DNA of 59,511 nucleotides, filler included, from Sphacelaria rigidula (GCA_964200075.2; 5 parts of 5 records of this genome joined end to end with filler, not necessarily neighbours in it), one strand, 5' to 3'. Positions 36,161 through 49,841 are shown, counted from the first letter of the whole stretch. Made by a program: numbers and translations. Notes: generated from the sequence alone by a model not told the origin.

Positions 36161-39100
36161 CTTTGACGGTGATGAGTGCGTGATCTTCTTCGGTCCCGCC
36201 TCCGGTAACAGCGAACTGTATCCACGTATCCGGTTGCTGGTCGCACAAGAAGTTCGTCCATACGTCCTCCCCTCCGCCGCAAGAACACGAGAAAACTTTC
36301 CCCTCGAACGAGCGAGCTTCTTCCTCAGTCAGCAGCAATGTCTCCGAGCTGCAGTTCGTTGCGCTGACAACCTGTGAGGGTGTGCGCGTGTGTAGTAGTG
36401 TGCGTCTCTTCTGTGTGCTTGGGGCTGTCAAAACGGTTACATCTTGTTGGTATGAGCGGGCATGGATTAAATTCTAGTCGTATGGTTCAGCCTGTTTTTT
36501 TTTTTTCACGGGCACGTATTTTCAGCTCCCCTCCCCCTCCTCGTTACGAGTTCGTGGTCTCAAGGCAACAACCCATTTTTCCCTCGGGACACGCCTTGCA
36601 TTTTGGTCTCGCAGATCGGATCATGACTAATACTTCCGCATCGCGTCGACTCTCGTCAAATATACTTATATTGCTGCTCACGAGTGATGCCGCGATACCC
36701 CTCCCCCCTCCCCCCTCCCCCCCCCCCGCCCAATCATCCCCAAATCTGTCACGAAGGAAAAGGCAATACAGTACATGATGGCTGGTTTCAGATTGCCTGA
36801 AGCACCTCATATGGGCGACATCGGCGAAAACGATCCCAAGCGTAGAAGTTCCCAGCTGCTCGGTGTGCTCGGTGTTTGTCATTCTAATGCGTACGTACAT
36901 CTCGTCTACTCAAACCAGCCACTTCTCCAGGGGGGAAGTGTCCTCATGATGGGGGGGGCCTTATCATGTATTGCTTGCCTTAGTCGTTTGACCATTGACC
37001 ACGCATCCCTTTCGAGACGGAGCACTCATGATGGGGGGGGGGGGGGCTATCGCGGTATGACGCTCACGTGCTCACGCTGTCAACGACAGAAATCAGATAC
37101 TTCTCAGAACAGCTTCAATTGCCTTTGCTGGGAATCGAACCCACCTTCTTTTCGACCTAATGAGTGACGCTGTGATAGGAAGGGGGGGGGGCGTACTAAT
37201 TTGTTGCTTGGCTCAATCGTTTGACCATTGATCACGCATCCCTTTTCGAGGCGGAGCACCGTTCCTACTCCTAATAGAGACACCTTCAACATTCTGGGGC
37301 GCTCATTGCGTTTCTTCCATACATTACACAAAACCTTTCACATATTTTATCCCCGTCCTGTTTCGCCGTCTGTGGCCACCATCTATCTCCTAGTGCAGCC
37401 ATCGTTTTCTCCCTACTGTCTAATGCATCAAACGATTCCATGCTATCTTTGTTCAAGCCCCGCATTTTCTGCTCTAGCACGTCCCGTTAATCCTTGTATG
37501 GTTCACATTCTGCCACTGCATGACTTCTGCTCGCTATTGCTTTGCCACAGGGGCAGTTCTGTCCATCTACTTCCTCCTCCTTTCGACGACTGGTATAGGA
37601 GGGGTCTTCTGGGCCGTTTCCTCCACAAAATCCACCTCAAATCGCCGTTAAAAGCTACAACGTCTGCTCGAACGCGCTTGTTACCAATAAGGTACATTTC
37701 ATTCATACCACGTAACACCGTTTTCAACCAAATACAAACGCACCGCGAGCGAGTAGTCAGGTCGTCTGACATACCTGTGGGCCTCTATTTTTCGTGAAAT
37801 CAAGTACCCCCCCCCCCTATCGTAGCACCACTCCAATCGGTTTCAGAAGTACCATTTTAAAGTAGACCACCGGTGTGCGTAGGTGCGTTAATATATGAAA
37901 ATGGATCCTAGTTGTTTCGCAGAATGGCGCGGTGGCGGAAGTGCGAGGCAAAAATATGTCACACAAGAGAAGCACACTAAGCATGGCACCACTGCAGGAT
38001 CGCCAACACCTGTTGGCTACCAACCAACGTATGGACGGTGAGCCCCTACAGAGATCCCAGCACGGCACAGCCAAAAGGCTACCCCCCCCCAAAGCACATC
38101 TGGCATATCTGGATCACTGGAACACAAGCAGTAGCACTATACAAGAAATACCGTCACAAACACCACCAAAGTATCACAGCATGCCGTAGAACCTGATGGG
38201 CAAATCAAACACGTAAGGATTGACCGGTGATTCCTCTAGTCTTCCGTCGGACGTCATTAATACCTTGACCGCCCACAGATGCGTTAATATGTGAAAGCGG
38301 CCATATATTCACTTGAAAAAGTGACAGCCTCGGACTCAGGTGTCCATCTGATGCCCTTGTGAGGGCCAACTGAATCGTGGATACGCGTCGCGTCATGCTT
38401 CGTAGAGGACACCCCTCGGCAGCTATCATATCCCACCTTCCCGTCGATGATCTTGTCGGGACAAACCGACACGTCGAGGCAACGGCCGCAGTCTACTCCC
38501 GCGAATCCGTCATCGCAGAGGCAATGCGCGCAGCTCAGGTCTGTGCCATTGCCCGATCCCCAGTACAAAGTCGAGTTGCCCAGGCACACTGGGTCTTGGT
38601 AGTCAAAGGCATTTGCGCAAGCTACGAGCGTGTAGAGTTGCGCGAGGCCGGTTTGAGGCAAAGCAATGAGGAGGGGGAGAGGGAGGGGGTTATTGGCTGC
38701 TGCTTTTTTTTCTCTTTTGTCACACCTTTATCCCCTTCTCGTCCTCGGGAATAACACAACAAATTGGACGTCTGTGATACTCGTTATCTTATGCTGTCAA
38801 GTATAATGACCGGATGGGGTTTTTTATCCCTGGAGGGGCGAAAAGTGAAAGAGGCACCCTGTGGCATATTGCTGCAAGTTATCGTGATCTATCGGCCCTG
38901 GCGAGTTTGCTGTTTTGGCTGCAGCATCTAGCTACAGGCTTAAGTGTACTTCGTGACGTGAGATTCATTTCGTGACGTGGGCGTGCGAAAGACGGTGATT
39001 TGCACAACGGCGCACTCTGTCGGCGTTGAGGAGCAGATGTATGCCATGTGACGGCCATCAACGGCACATGGAGCAGGAAGAGATGTCGTTAACAGCGTTG

Positions 39101-40261
39101 GATAGGGATCTAGCAACTTCAGATAAACTTATCGGGTCAAGGTAGCTCATTTCAAGACTCAACGGCAAACCTCGCGATACAGCGTAGTCAGTACAGCATG
39201 ACAGTGTGACATATATCATCAGGACAAGGCAGTGAGTCAATCACACCAATGTGTACCCGTCTATTGTGAATTGTAGTATCCTGTTCAGATTGAGGCTTGA
39301 GAAATAACTAGGGTCAGTTTTTGGAACGAAGCCTTCGGATAAGGAAGAACAATATGTTAAGGTTTTGCGCGGGAATTTCTTCTTCGAAGTTTTCTTCTCT
39401 GCAGAGTTCCCGGGCCTCCTTCTTGGTCGTGAGAGAGCCGCAGCATCATCTCACTTCACAGAGGAAGAGAACTAACAAAAACAAAACGCTGTTCTCGTAT
39501 TGCAACGGCAATGCAATCTCTGGCCACACGACCCTGCAAGCAATGATTTCAGTGGTAGCTCAGTGTCACATGAGTGACAAGGGGTTTTCGGCGGTCAGAG
39601 CTGTGAAAGCATATCTAATGGGCTAGCGTTGTGATTGAGAAAATGCGATGCCCTAATCTCGCGGTTGCAGTTGGTTTGAAAAGTGTGCTTCAATCTGATC
39701 ACAAACATGACGCATATGTACTCATACTCATTCACCTTTCAACTTGTCTTGGCTTGGCTTGTCTTTTATTTTGTTTTAGTTTTGGTCTGTTTCAGTTTGT
39801 TTGGTTTTATTCTGTCCTGTCTTATCTTGTTCTTTTCTATCCTATTCTGGCCTGTGGTATTCGTTATGTTTCCCTTTCTGTAGGCTCGTTTTTGTGTCCT
39901 GTTATCCTCGGCCCTTGTCGCGTCATCTTGCCGTGCCTTGCCTTGCCTTGCCTTATCTGTCCTTGCCCTGTGTCGACTTATGCGGCATGCCGAACTACGT
40001 AGTTTCTCCACTATTTCGCCTCCTATGGCGCACGTGATATGTAGCTGACGATTTTTCATTGTTCTTTACTTTCTTCTTTCGACCCGTACCTATATTCTTG
40101 TGTGTTCTATTTTGTCTCTGACGTGTGTGTGGAACCTCGCCCTTCGGGGCGCCGTGGTTTCATGCTCGTGTATGTATATTTTTTCTTCCGTGTATTCTGT
40201 CCTCTTGTGCCACGGCTCTGTGACGACGGGTGCTAGATTTCCGGAAAAGGGCTGATGTGAG

Positions 40262-40300
<39 letters not shown>

Positions 40301-42562
40301 GGATGACGACGACAACGACGACAAGAAATCCGTACATGAATGTATCTTATTTTTATTACCAGAACGGCAAAAGACGGATTGTCGAAATGTTGGCGCGGTA
40401 CTGACTGTACTGCGAACCACTATACTGCAGTGTAATGCTGTGCTGGGCATAGGGTACGGTGTTTACAGAGGGTCACAGACGCCGTCTGACTCACAAGCAT
40501 GAGACTGAAGGCCACGTAACACCTTACATTTTTTGCAATTTTGTTTTTTTTCGTTTTTAAGTTCACTCTGTTTGTATATTTTATCTCTTCGGTTTTCTCC
40601 ACTTTTCTTATTCTTCAGTGAGCGCTTCCATTTGTTTACCTTGAGTACGTATATTTTGCACACCTTGAACAAAATGTGATCAGTAGCTGCAATAGACAGA
40701 ACATGTACCAAGTAAAGTATTGGCCTATTCCAACTATTGATCATGCATTGTCCAAGGCGTGATATTATGTGACCACGGCTAGATCTCTCGAGGATCAGAT
40801 ACTATGCGGCAACCAATCAGCCAATCAATCAATGATTCAAAGCAATGGTGGGCCGCAGTACTTGATCGTTGGGCGGGAGGCGTTGTATTCATTGCATCGA
40901 CTACTCATGCTTACACTCAGTTTGACTGTGCAATCCTGGCGAGAGAAGCGCTTTCAAGGGAAAATATCCATCTCTCAGGGTGCCTCTTCACACGAACGCA
41001 CGGCCGCTCGCTCGCTTCTCGGTTTAGTTTCGAAACGGCAAACCACACGGCGATATCAAACGCACACGATTCTTGACGACTGTTGAGCGGAGCGGCTCCT
41101 TTTTTTTATGCAAAACCACTCGGCAAGCGCTCCGAGTTTTGGAGAGCTGGATGCTTTGTGTCCGCGTGAGCCTACTCTTATGAACAACCAAGCCCAGATT
41201 GTGTTGCCGGGGAGCAGCTTCGCCCCAAAGGGCAGAAGAAGTAACGCTGAACTTCCTGTGATGTGTTTTTTCATCAAAATTTGCTCATAGCACCCGGAAA
41301 ACCACTCCGGCCGATTACAGGGTGCCAGGTATAGGGCACGTATCGGTACAGGTTGGACCGCACTACCTGCCGTTTGTGGCTAGCATTTTTCATTCAACGT
41401 CGGTGAAGTTTATCTAAGCAAGCATCATCGCCCCCCCCCGCGTCGGGGACGGAGAAACATCGCAGGAGAAAAAAATACCATGGCATGATTTCTTCTTTTC
41501 CCTCTATAGCCAAAACAACCCCGCACTGGCTCTCAGGCCTTCATCTGACTGCCTCTCACACTTGCTTGAGAACCTCTTGTTGCCATGGGTTGCACGTTAG
41601 GACGACACGTGGCAAAGCCCTGGATTTGTTTCCCGTACGTGACGGTGTATATCACCCCCGGGTGTATGACTTGACTCTTCCAACCTCTATTCTCTCATCA
41701 ACTACGGCGGCCACGCCCCCCGAACGCCGTCATCATCAGAAAGATCTCGCCGATATCTGTCGGCAAATGGGTTTGTTCGGCAGTGCAAGAACACGTTCTA
41801 ATAGAGAAAATCGACGTTGATCAGGCGCAGAAAAACACGCGGGGATAGTCACCATCACCGACGGTACTGCAAACTAACAAGAACTAAGGAAGAGTGCCGG
41901 TAATCTCACAGAATCAAAGACGGCGAGATAAGCAGCAATGCGGGTGTTTTGGTTTCACAACTTCGTGTGTTGCGCAGAATTTCATTATTGGAGACAAATA
42001 CCGGCATTTCAGGGAGGCAGCCTTTCCACTTCATATATTACTGTCGTATGCGGCTCACATCGGTAAAGATGCCTGGTGTACTGACTCTGGTCAACTATTA
42101 TTGTATTTGTTTCATGGTACGCTGGGGAACACATGCCTGAGTACGCTGTACATTATGCAGTACGGTACAATAGGTGAAATTTTGGCTTCTTCTTGACCGC
42201 TGCGGTCAACGCAACATATATGTTGAAGTGCTAGTCGGCGACGCCTAGTTGAAACTCACCGCCCACACAATAACCATATGGAAATGACACAAGCAGGGCG
42301 ATAGGTGTCGGTACCTCAAGGAGCAGGCATTGGCGACGTTCCGCGCGATTCTGCTGGGCATACAGACGAGTTCAACCTAGACGGCTTCAATCGGTGTAGA
42401 AGAAACAAGACAAAACAACTGCTGAATCATCACTACACCTTCTCTTAGAGGCGAATCGGGTAACTCCGTCTCTAGCTCCTGGACTCCAACCGAGGCACCC
42501 CCAACATAATGAATAACCCACGCGAAAAAAATCAGCCCCTTGATGCCACCGCTAGCCCTCAT
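36161..42562 (-). CDS. Secreted or membrane Cys-rich EGF-like protein, 5' part. Exons 42562-42439, 38621-38437, 36371-36161
   Basis: Signal-peptide-like MRASGGIKGLIFFAWVIHYVGGA; EGF-like CLCDDGFAGVDCGRC..C; GT-AG junctions phase-consistent (1, 0); the gene continues off the contig. Confidence 0.8.
36682..37063. mobile_element. Sola2-like MITE with TSD TCAC
   Basis: Ends GAGTGATGCCGCGATACCCC and GGGGCTATCGCGGTATGACGC; TCAC on both sides; interior related to 5500-5657 and includes a piece of the 672-bp family. Confidence 0.75.
37162..37833 (+). mobile_element. 672-bp Sola2-like MITE
   Basis: Ends GAGTGACGCTGTGATAGG and CCTATCGTAGCACCACTC; flanks TAAT/CAAT. Confidence 0.8.
40020..40300 (+). 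repeat. Probable non-LTR element 3' end with (CAA)n tail
   Basis: Pyrimidine-rich stretch ending GGGCTGATGTGAGAAACAACAAC..; the microsatellite 40263-40300 is certain, its origin is inferred. Confidence 0.5.
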
Positions 42563-42890
42563 CGCCTGTCCCTCTTTGCTGCGCGTGGCGACAGCGGCTA
42601 GGACGAGATCGATTTCCTTTGGAACTAGTTCTAAATTAGGACTACCGTAGGGTTCTCAAACAGAAAATCAGAACCACGTAGTACAACACCAAAGTCGGAA
42701 ATAACGTAGAACATCTGCAGAGTTGGAATAACTTGCCTTTCACTGGCCAACACCAAAGTCGGTAATCCCACGGGCGATCGCAGGCTATACATGGTGATAT
42801 AACGTTCGTCAGGTGGATACGAATGTTCGATCACGACATCTGCCTTGTTCAATAATCTCAGCTCTAAAGTGTAGTCCACATAGGTTTAAC

Positions 42891-43175
42891 ATGATCTGGA
42901 TGAGAAGCAGATCTGTTGTATTTGCAGAACTACACGGCCGACGAGGACTGCGCAAACTGTCGGTGCCCTTCAGGCAGTGTACGCTTTCTGCTTCCACTGC
43001 GCATGCCAGCGATAGCGTGACGTCGGAAGTGGATATGGCCCGAGCGGAGGCATCGAAAGATATTGCTTGGGCGAAAACTAGGGGTGCGGCTGAGGTCCTG
43101 AGGCAACCTCCGTTTGCTGGTACGGGTGGGAGTTTTGGCGGGGATGCGCTGGAGTCTCTCGATGCTTATCTCCAG
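42891..43175 (+). CDS. First coding exon of a hypothetical protein (possible mitochondrial presequence); next exon may start at 44955
   Basis: ATG-initiated 95-codon open frame with an Arg/Ser/Leu-rich N-terminus, ending CAG|GTGTGC; candidate phase-0 continuation DATEEKTALAVCAAASRNG. Confidence 0.55.
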
Positions 43176-46100
43176 GTGTGCTGACTCTACTGCTGCCGAT
43201 GATAAATGCTTTGGTAGGTACCGTGTATGGAGGCATTTCGTGTATTTTTGACCGCTGAAGCTGACGGGATGATCTGCCTGTTCTTGTTTGCGCTGAAGTG
43301 TGGTGTACAATTTTGACACTGGAACAGTTTGTGCAGCATCAGTTTGATTTCTTGAAACAGGGAAATTCGATAGGGCACTTGAAGATAGCACCGTCGCGCC
43401 GGATTACAAAATATCTCGTAGCTACAACACGACGCGAGACAATTGACCCTTTACGCTCCCGAGGCCAACTGTTCCGAGAACCAGGCCGTGGCAGTCCATC
43501 GGGGATTAAGACGATTATCGCTGTAGGGTTCGATGGTCGCCAGTTAGCCGGGTGGACGCGAGATAGAACTTCTCGCGGGTCGAGTACGCCCGTAAGTTTA
43601 ACTCAACACACACAGGCCACGAAAATTGACATATGTTGCCCGTGTGTGTTTTAGGGGGGTGATATCCAGCGGGTGTTGCGCCCCCCAACTAGTCTAAACT
43701 TATTCTGCAGCACGAAGCTGGATAGCATCATCCCCGACCCAAAGTCCCTGGCTCATGGTGATGCAGGTGTCCTAGCGTGCCAGTCAGCAGCACCAGAAGG
43801 AAGAAAACCCATCGCGTGTCTGGCGAAGCAGCCATTCGGGGACCACAATAATTTGTGCAGGCGCTCTGACCCACGAGCTCTGCGGGACCTAGACGAGGAA
43901 GCGGTTGCGCCCGATAATCCGATCTTGATCCCCTGGGATTTCAATAATCTTTGCAGTGCATACTCTACAATTCGTGTCTGATCCGTAGGCCTTAGATCAC
44001 GCTGCACTCGATCCCTTACATATCGTTTTTGTTCACTCAATTTCTTCGAAATAATTGAAATGACCCCTAATAATCCATGGGAACCTTCGGCACAGGGCAG
44101 CTAGTGTCACGCCAGGGAAGCAGGGAGTGCATAGTACTATGCGAAGAGACTCGATAGGCACACACAGATCAATTGAAAGATCGACTGGAGTCCTTACCAA
44201 AGTTTTCAGCTTTTGAACGCCCAAAACTTGAAATTTCCCCCCGCGGAGGGGAGAGGTGTGCCTGGGTGCCCAAAATTACAGTCTACGGGTACCCTCGCTC
44301 GAGTTCTAGTTATCGCCCAATAAGGTCGCCGTAGCCTAGATTGTATGGTTGATTTGGCGCGGCTGTGAGACACTTTTTTGCCTACATGTTCAGAACGCAG
44401 AAGCCAATCGAGGTCGCCTCCCCTTTCCCTACTCCCAATTCGACAGACTCCTACTTGTGCGGCAGATGGTTGTAGCTGGGTTGCTGTTCATATCTAACGA
44501 CCGAAATAATGCACCCAAACAAGCGGAATGCACAACAGGTACGAGAAATTGGCAAATGTGGCTGTAAAGAAGCCAAGTTATTGACGATATTTTTGGAACT
44601 TCATTGATGGCGTCAAAGTCGACTTGTTCGACAAAAAGATTACTTCTTTAGTGCAAACCAAGGCCACCGTTGTGTAGCTAGGGATCCCGAGGAAGATCAG
44701 ATACTCGCCTTTCTTTATGAATAGCGTGAATGCACTGAAAAAGTAAGGTTGGCAATGTGACCCTTTCTCCCCATTTTTGTGGGGTAACTTGGTAGATTTT
44801 TTTCATTTTTGCTGGGGAAGACATGAATAGGCGAGTCTCCGGGGTAAAAGGTGACTGCTCCACAACGAAAAAGCCGTGTTGACCAATACCAGGTTTGACG
44901 GGATAATGCATCACTAGTATTCGTGCACACTTGCGAATTATGCCTCGTTGCCAGGATGCTACGGAAGAAAAAACTGCTCTTGCTGTCTGTGCTGCTGCTT
45001 CTAGGAATGGATGCCATTTGTCGCGTGGAGAGGAAAAGTGGCAAACAGGGTACACACATTGTAGACATACTTGATGCTGTGAGCTGCGGCCATGATATGC
45101 TCAAGACGTATAACGATATGCAGAGAAGTCCCCAGCCCTCGTTCAAAATTCCCAAGGCTGACCGTTATCCAGCTGCCAATGCCACGCCTGGTTTAGTGGT
45201 AGTCTGTTCAGTGTTTCAGGAGCTACTGCAGTTTGCGAGGGCTGCTGCGGCAGACCACAGTGCAGCACTTTTACCGATTGCGCTGACTGTACAATACTGA
45301 CAGCACTGCCGCGAAATTATGAATCACTACGCGTTAGTGTAGACGGCCCTTGTCACAGACAGCACCTTTGAGCTGCTGATGCAATTGAAAAAAGGTATGA
45401 GCCAGCCCTTCACGCCGTCTTTTGAGGGCACAAAATGGGGTTACATCGCCGGCAGTAGCAGAGGCACGAACTGACAGTCTACTAGAGCATTGGAGCGCTA
45501 GTTGTGTACGATGACAATGAGTGTGCTGTCTGAGCACCTAGGTGATACATCGTGTTTGGCTGATGAGCAGAGTGGGGTTGAGCTCTACGGTACAGTTGAC
45601 TTTTCAAATACCGCGTCTCGATTGTACTCCAAACATTCAACGCATTTTTTTCGACAGAAGAGGTTTGTCCAAAATCGCCGACATCTCGCTGGTCGACGCA
45701 GAGAGAGACGTTAACTATTATGTGGCGGGCACACAATTTTGGGATTGAAGTTCGGTCATCGTCTAGCCCTCAAAACGTCCATTTCCTTTGTCGGAAATAT
45801 CGTGAAATGCGACCAAAGTTATACTTGTCGTTCAGATTATAATGAAAAACAAGCGACTTTTTTTATGGGACTGCGACGCAGGTGCTCCTGAGGAGGACAG
45901 GCCCACCCCTGCAGTTACATGTACGTTGCTTGTGTGTGTGTGTCAGGTTGCGCCCGCCGTGCTCAGTTGACTGTGGGGCATGGCGGAATGTTTCCCTACA
46001 AATCTCAGACATATAGTCAAAACAGCACCCAACCATACCAGCACTCGTCGACAAGAGTGCGTACACCCGTAAGAAATACGCCACGCCGTTCACTTAGCTC

Positions 46101-46489
46101 TGTGCGTGTTGAGGGTATACACGCTGTTGAGGGTATACACGCACGGTCGCTGGCGTCTTCACGGCTACTGTACTGTTGAAGCACGTACTGTTGTACTCAG
46201 ATCGCAAATCGTTGCTGATCGCGGCTATGCACAAATATCTATGGCGCACGGCATATTGGTGGCAACGACCTTTTCCAAGCAGGCGTTGCCTCTCGACCAA
46301 AAACCACTATGTTAAATCCTCGCCAAAATCCCAGCCAACTGGTGGTGTACTTGGGATCCGGGCGCTTCAAATGTGGATTCATCAACGAGGAAGCAGTCCG
46401 ACGCAAGTTATGTGGACATGAGCGGTTACTGACTTCGTGATCAAATAGTTATTTTGTGCTCATCTACGTTAGCGCAATACATTTATATA

Positions 46490-46787
46490 GATTGATCGAT
46501 TGATTGATTTTCGTACATTAACTGCTCCCGGAGGGACCCAGCTGTGGTTATTATCCACGTGATGGACGGAAACACTTGCTGTCTCGAGGAGAAATCTCGA
46601 GAAGGGAGGTGAGTTGAAGTAGACAGGCAGGACAGAGAAATCTGAGGAAAGATAAATACAGCAGAAACAAAGAACAAGAACACTCACACAGTCACAAAAA
46701 GTAGCAGAGGTGAAAATAAGAGGAAGGGAAGGGAGAGAAGAGAGGAAGAAATAGCGCCAAGATGGATCAAGTACCGGTCCTCCTGGG
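46490..46787 (-). repeat. Probable LINE 3' UTR with (ATCA)n tail
   Basis: The end motif CCAC(A/G)GCTGG..AATCAATCAATC recurs at ~16290-16350, ~32890-32945 and ~33490-33550. Confidence 0.55.
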
Positions 46788-46882
<95 letters not shown>

Positions 46883-46885
46883 CAC
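46788..46885. repeat. (CAA)n(CTA)n microsatellite
   Basis: Directly visible. Confidence 0.97.
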
Positions 46886-47504
46886 TACACAACATGGAGG
46901 ATGGCCAGCCCCTGCCGCATGGCTTCACATCAAAACGCCGTACAGGATCAGGCCAAAAAAATAAATGAGAAGGGGGAGGAAGGCCGTGATCGTAGGTCGC
47001 GACTCCGCTTATCGGCAATCACACTGCTGGGACATGTACTCCCCCGCTGCCTCTGTAGCAGCAAACACTGCTGTAGCTTTGATGGGAAAACTGAACAAAA
47101 CGCAGGAAGGATGTTGGAGGGAAAACAAACAAGAAAAAATACGAACAGGGAACGAGAGGGGCAAAAGGAGAGAGTGACAGAGGGGAAAATTAGAAGCTGA
47201 AGGAGAGATAAAAACCCAGTAACGGAGAGCATGTCGCACTGGTACACCGTTCATCAACATTTCTACAGTTATCATCTGACGAAAGAAGTGGACAACCGAA
47301 AAACAGAATTTTCGGAGAAGTAAGAAACAGCTACTATGAACTAGCCTCAGTACAGTTTTGTTCCCGACGATTCTCCGGGGCTCCCAGGTAACTCCGATCC
47401 CACATATTTTGTTGGTACTGCTTTCAGTTTGGGTGGGAATTCGTCTCGGCGAAAGGTTTTGTTAAGAAGAAGTGATTTAGCGAGTAGGCATGAATCAGCC
47501 TCGT

Positions 47505-47590
47505 GCATCGTGGGGGGGAGCGTTCTCATGTGTTGCTTGCCTTAGTCGTCTGACCATTGACCACGCATCCCTTTCGAGACGGAGCACCGT
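47505..47590 (+). mobile_element. Left part of another 672-bp-family MITE, cut by the contig end
   Basis: TTGCTTGCCTTAGTCGTCTGACCATTGACCACGCATCCCTTTCGAGACGGAGCACCGT. Confidence 0.75.
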
Positions 47591-47690
47591 NNNNNNNNNN
47601 NNNNNNNNNNNNNNNNNNNNNNNNNNNNNNNNNNTTAATTAATTAANNNNNNNNNNNNNNNNNNNNNNNNNNNNNNNNNNNNNNNNNNNN
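47591..47690. other. Artificial contig linker
   Basis: N44-TTAATTAATTAA-N44. Confidence 0.98.
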
Positions 47691-48714
47691 CACTGCCTTC
47701 GCTCAGGGTCTTAGTGCGAAGGCCTCCCGCCCTGAAGGTGATTCCGGCCCTCCCCCCGCCGAACAGACCCTCCCCACGCCGTACCGACAAGACCGGTCAT
47801 GGCCTTCGTCGAAGGACGGAGAACGGAGGAGCAATAGTGGGACGCATTTATATGATGATAATAGATGTTTTGATATTGGTTGTTTGGTTTATTTTTCGTT
47901 GTTGGAAAAGGGGAAGACAAAATGGATCGAGACAATCATCCAATACCTCGGCAATTTTGGAATCAGACCATTGGCCGGCGCAAATGTTTTGAAATAAAAG
48001 GAATGAACAGACCAGCGGTCATTCGCAGTAGAGAAGCATACGCATATATTTTGTCGACCCCAGTGATATCCGTTATCGTCCGCGATCGAGCGGCCTGTGT
48101 ACTTGGTGGGAACGGTTTTCCCATCAAAGGGGACCTCATGGCACAGAGTTATAGGAACCTCCCACAAGGGGTGGGCGTGGTCATACGTCCGTCTTCCTGG
48201 GTGCTGCCAGCTTCCAGCGCTGAAGACGCTGAGGGGGTCGCATCCGATCTCAAGCTTTCAGCTTTCAGCTTCAAGCCTATAACCCTGTGCCTTGAGGTCC
48301 CCCATCATGGGAACAGTTCTCGACCACTACACTATACTCGGGAGGTCAATGGAAATCAGCGGGGCCGACATATAAATCTGCAGCATACTTGAGGCTGTGT
48401 TGGGGGTGCCAAAATATTGATGGCGAAGGGGTTGCGTCGTGGCGAGACAGTTTGACATGTCGGTTCGTCCGCCGTCATTGATGAGAGGTCGCGGGGAACT
48501 TAAAGGATATTGAGATGACACTGCGCCGAAACGACGAGGTGTGTGAATAGAGTTTGAGTTTATTCGGTACGATGATTGAAATCGGGTGGGCCGACACATG
48601 TGTGTGAAGCACACTTGTGGCTGTGGAGGAGGACCGAAAAGAGCAAAGGACGCGGGTGTGTGGCGATGCGACAGAGTGGCGGATCTTCCGTTTGTGTATT
48701 TTAGGGAGGTTGCC

Positions 48715-49045
48715 GACGATTTTTGCCGGATTTCGCCGATGAGATTGTGCTGTAGTAATATTATAATCATGTACAGCGGCATCGCTAGTAAGGTAAAATG
48801 TGCCTGAAAGAAGTGCGACTTTCAACGTGGGAAAATATGCACCGTAAAAGGGGCTAATCTCACGATGTTAGCGTCATAGCGACGAATTTTGCCGAATTTC
48901 GCCGATGGCGTTGTGTGGTGGCGATATAATAACAGTGTGCAGCGGCAGTGCTTTCAGGTATAATGTGCCCGAGATAAGTGGGGATTTGCACGTGTAAAAT
49001 GTGCACCATGAAAGGGATACATCTTGCGTTGTCAACGTATCAAAT
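48715..49045. repeat. Diverged ~166-bp tandem duplication
   Basis: GACGA(T/A)TTTTGCCG(G/A)ATTTCGCCGATG starts at 48715 and 48881; CCAATTCG tandems follow at ~49143-49177. Confidence 0.75.
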
Positions 49046-49841
49046 TAGGACTTCTATATTTCCGCCAATTCGCCGAACACAGCGAACGTATAGCGTCAGT
49101 GACCCTCGGATAGAATTTGCCCGAAATAAGAGGGAATATTTACCAATTCACCAATTCGCCAATTCGCCAATTCGCCGATCACAGGTCATGAGTGGGACGT
49201 CATCATGTCCTTCACTTGACCTGTCTACACGAACGCATGAATTGGCGTGAAATGACGTGACATTACAGCAAACAACGCGGTCGACAACCCAAACAGTAAG
49301 GATTAGTACGCCTCGACGCACGAGAGGCAGAGCAAGCGAAAGTCGAAGCTCTCGCAATTGTGCTGTGTCTCCGCCGTTTTATCCACGCTACGTGAGGTGT
49401 GCGAGGTCAATCGATTCCGGCATTTTGGTTGGTATCCAAGATGTGCGGTGTGCCGGGCGAGGCCATTTTCTCGAATAATTGAACTTAACCGAAACCTTTT
49501 CCTTTCTCTGATATGTCCCACTCACCTCTTTCTCGTCTTGTGTGCACGCGTGTCGCCTTGTGTCGATATTGGGTATAATATTCATGGTGCCTAAAATATT
49601 GCGTTGGTTGTCGTCCGTGATATCGAAGTACTCCCAAACGGATCGTATGATGGCCCTTTTGTTTCAGCCGTCACATGAAGAGTGGACGAATTGACGATCG
49701 TAAAAATATAGATTGGTTGTGCTCTGTCTGTGTTCGTTTCGTCAGGTTCGTGTTTCCGTCTGGTATCGGTTTTTCTTTATGATTGACAATGATGTAGTAA
49801 CAGGTCGTTGAAGTTGCACCCTGCATGATGGGGTTGCGATC

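Larger units (their letters stand above)
36576..37877 (-). mobile_element. SINE family B copy split by two MITE insertions
   Basis: Removing 36682-37063 and 37162-37833 restores the head CCGGTGGTCTA..GGTGGGTTCGATTCCC and the family B body. Confidence 0.75.

Noticed and set aside
44923-46315. Decayed DDE transposase (RKSGKQG, IVADRGY)
   Set aside because: Motifs are short, far apart and in unlinked frames; exons of the plus-strand host gene are an equally good explanation.
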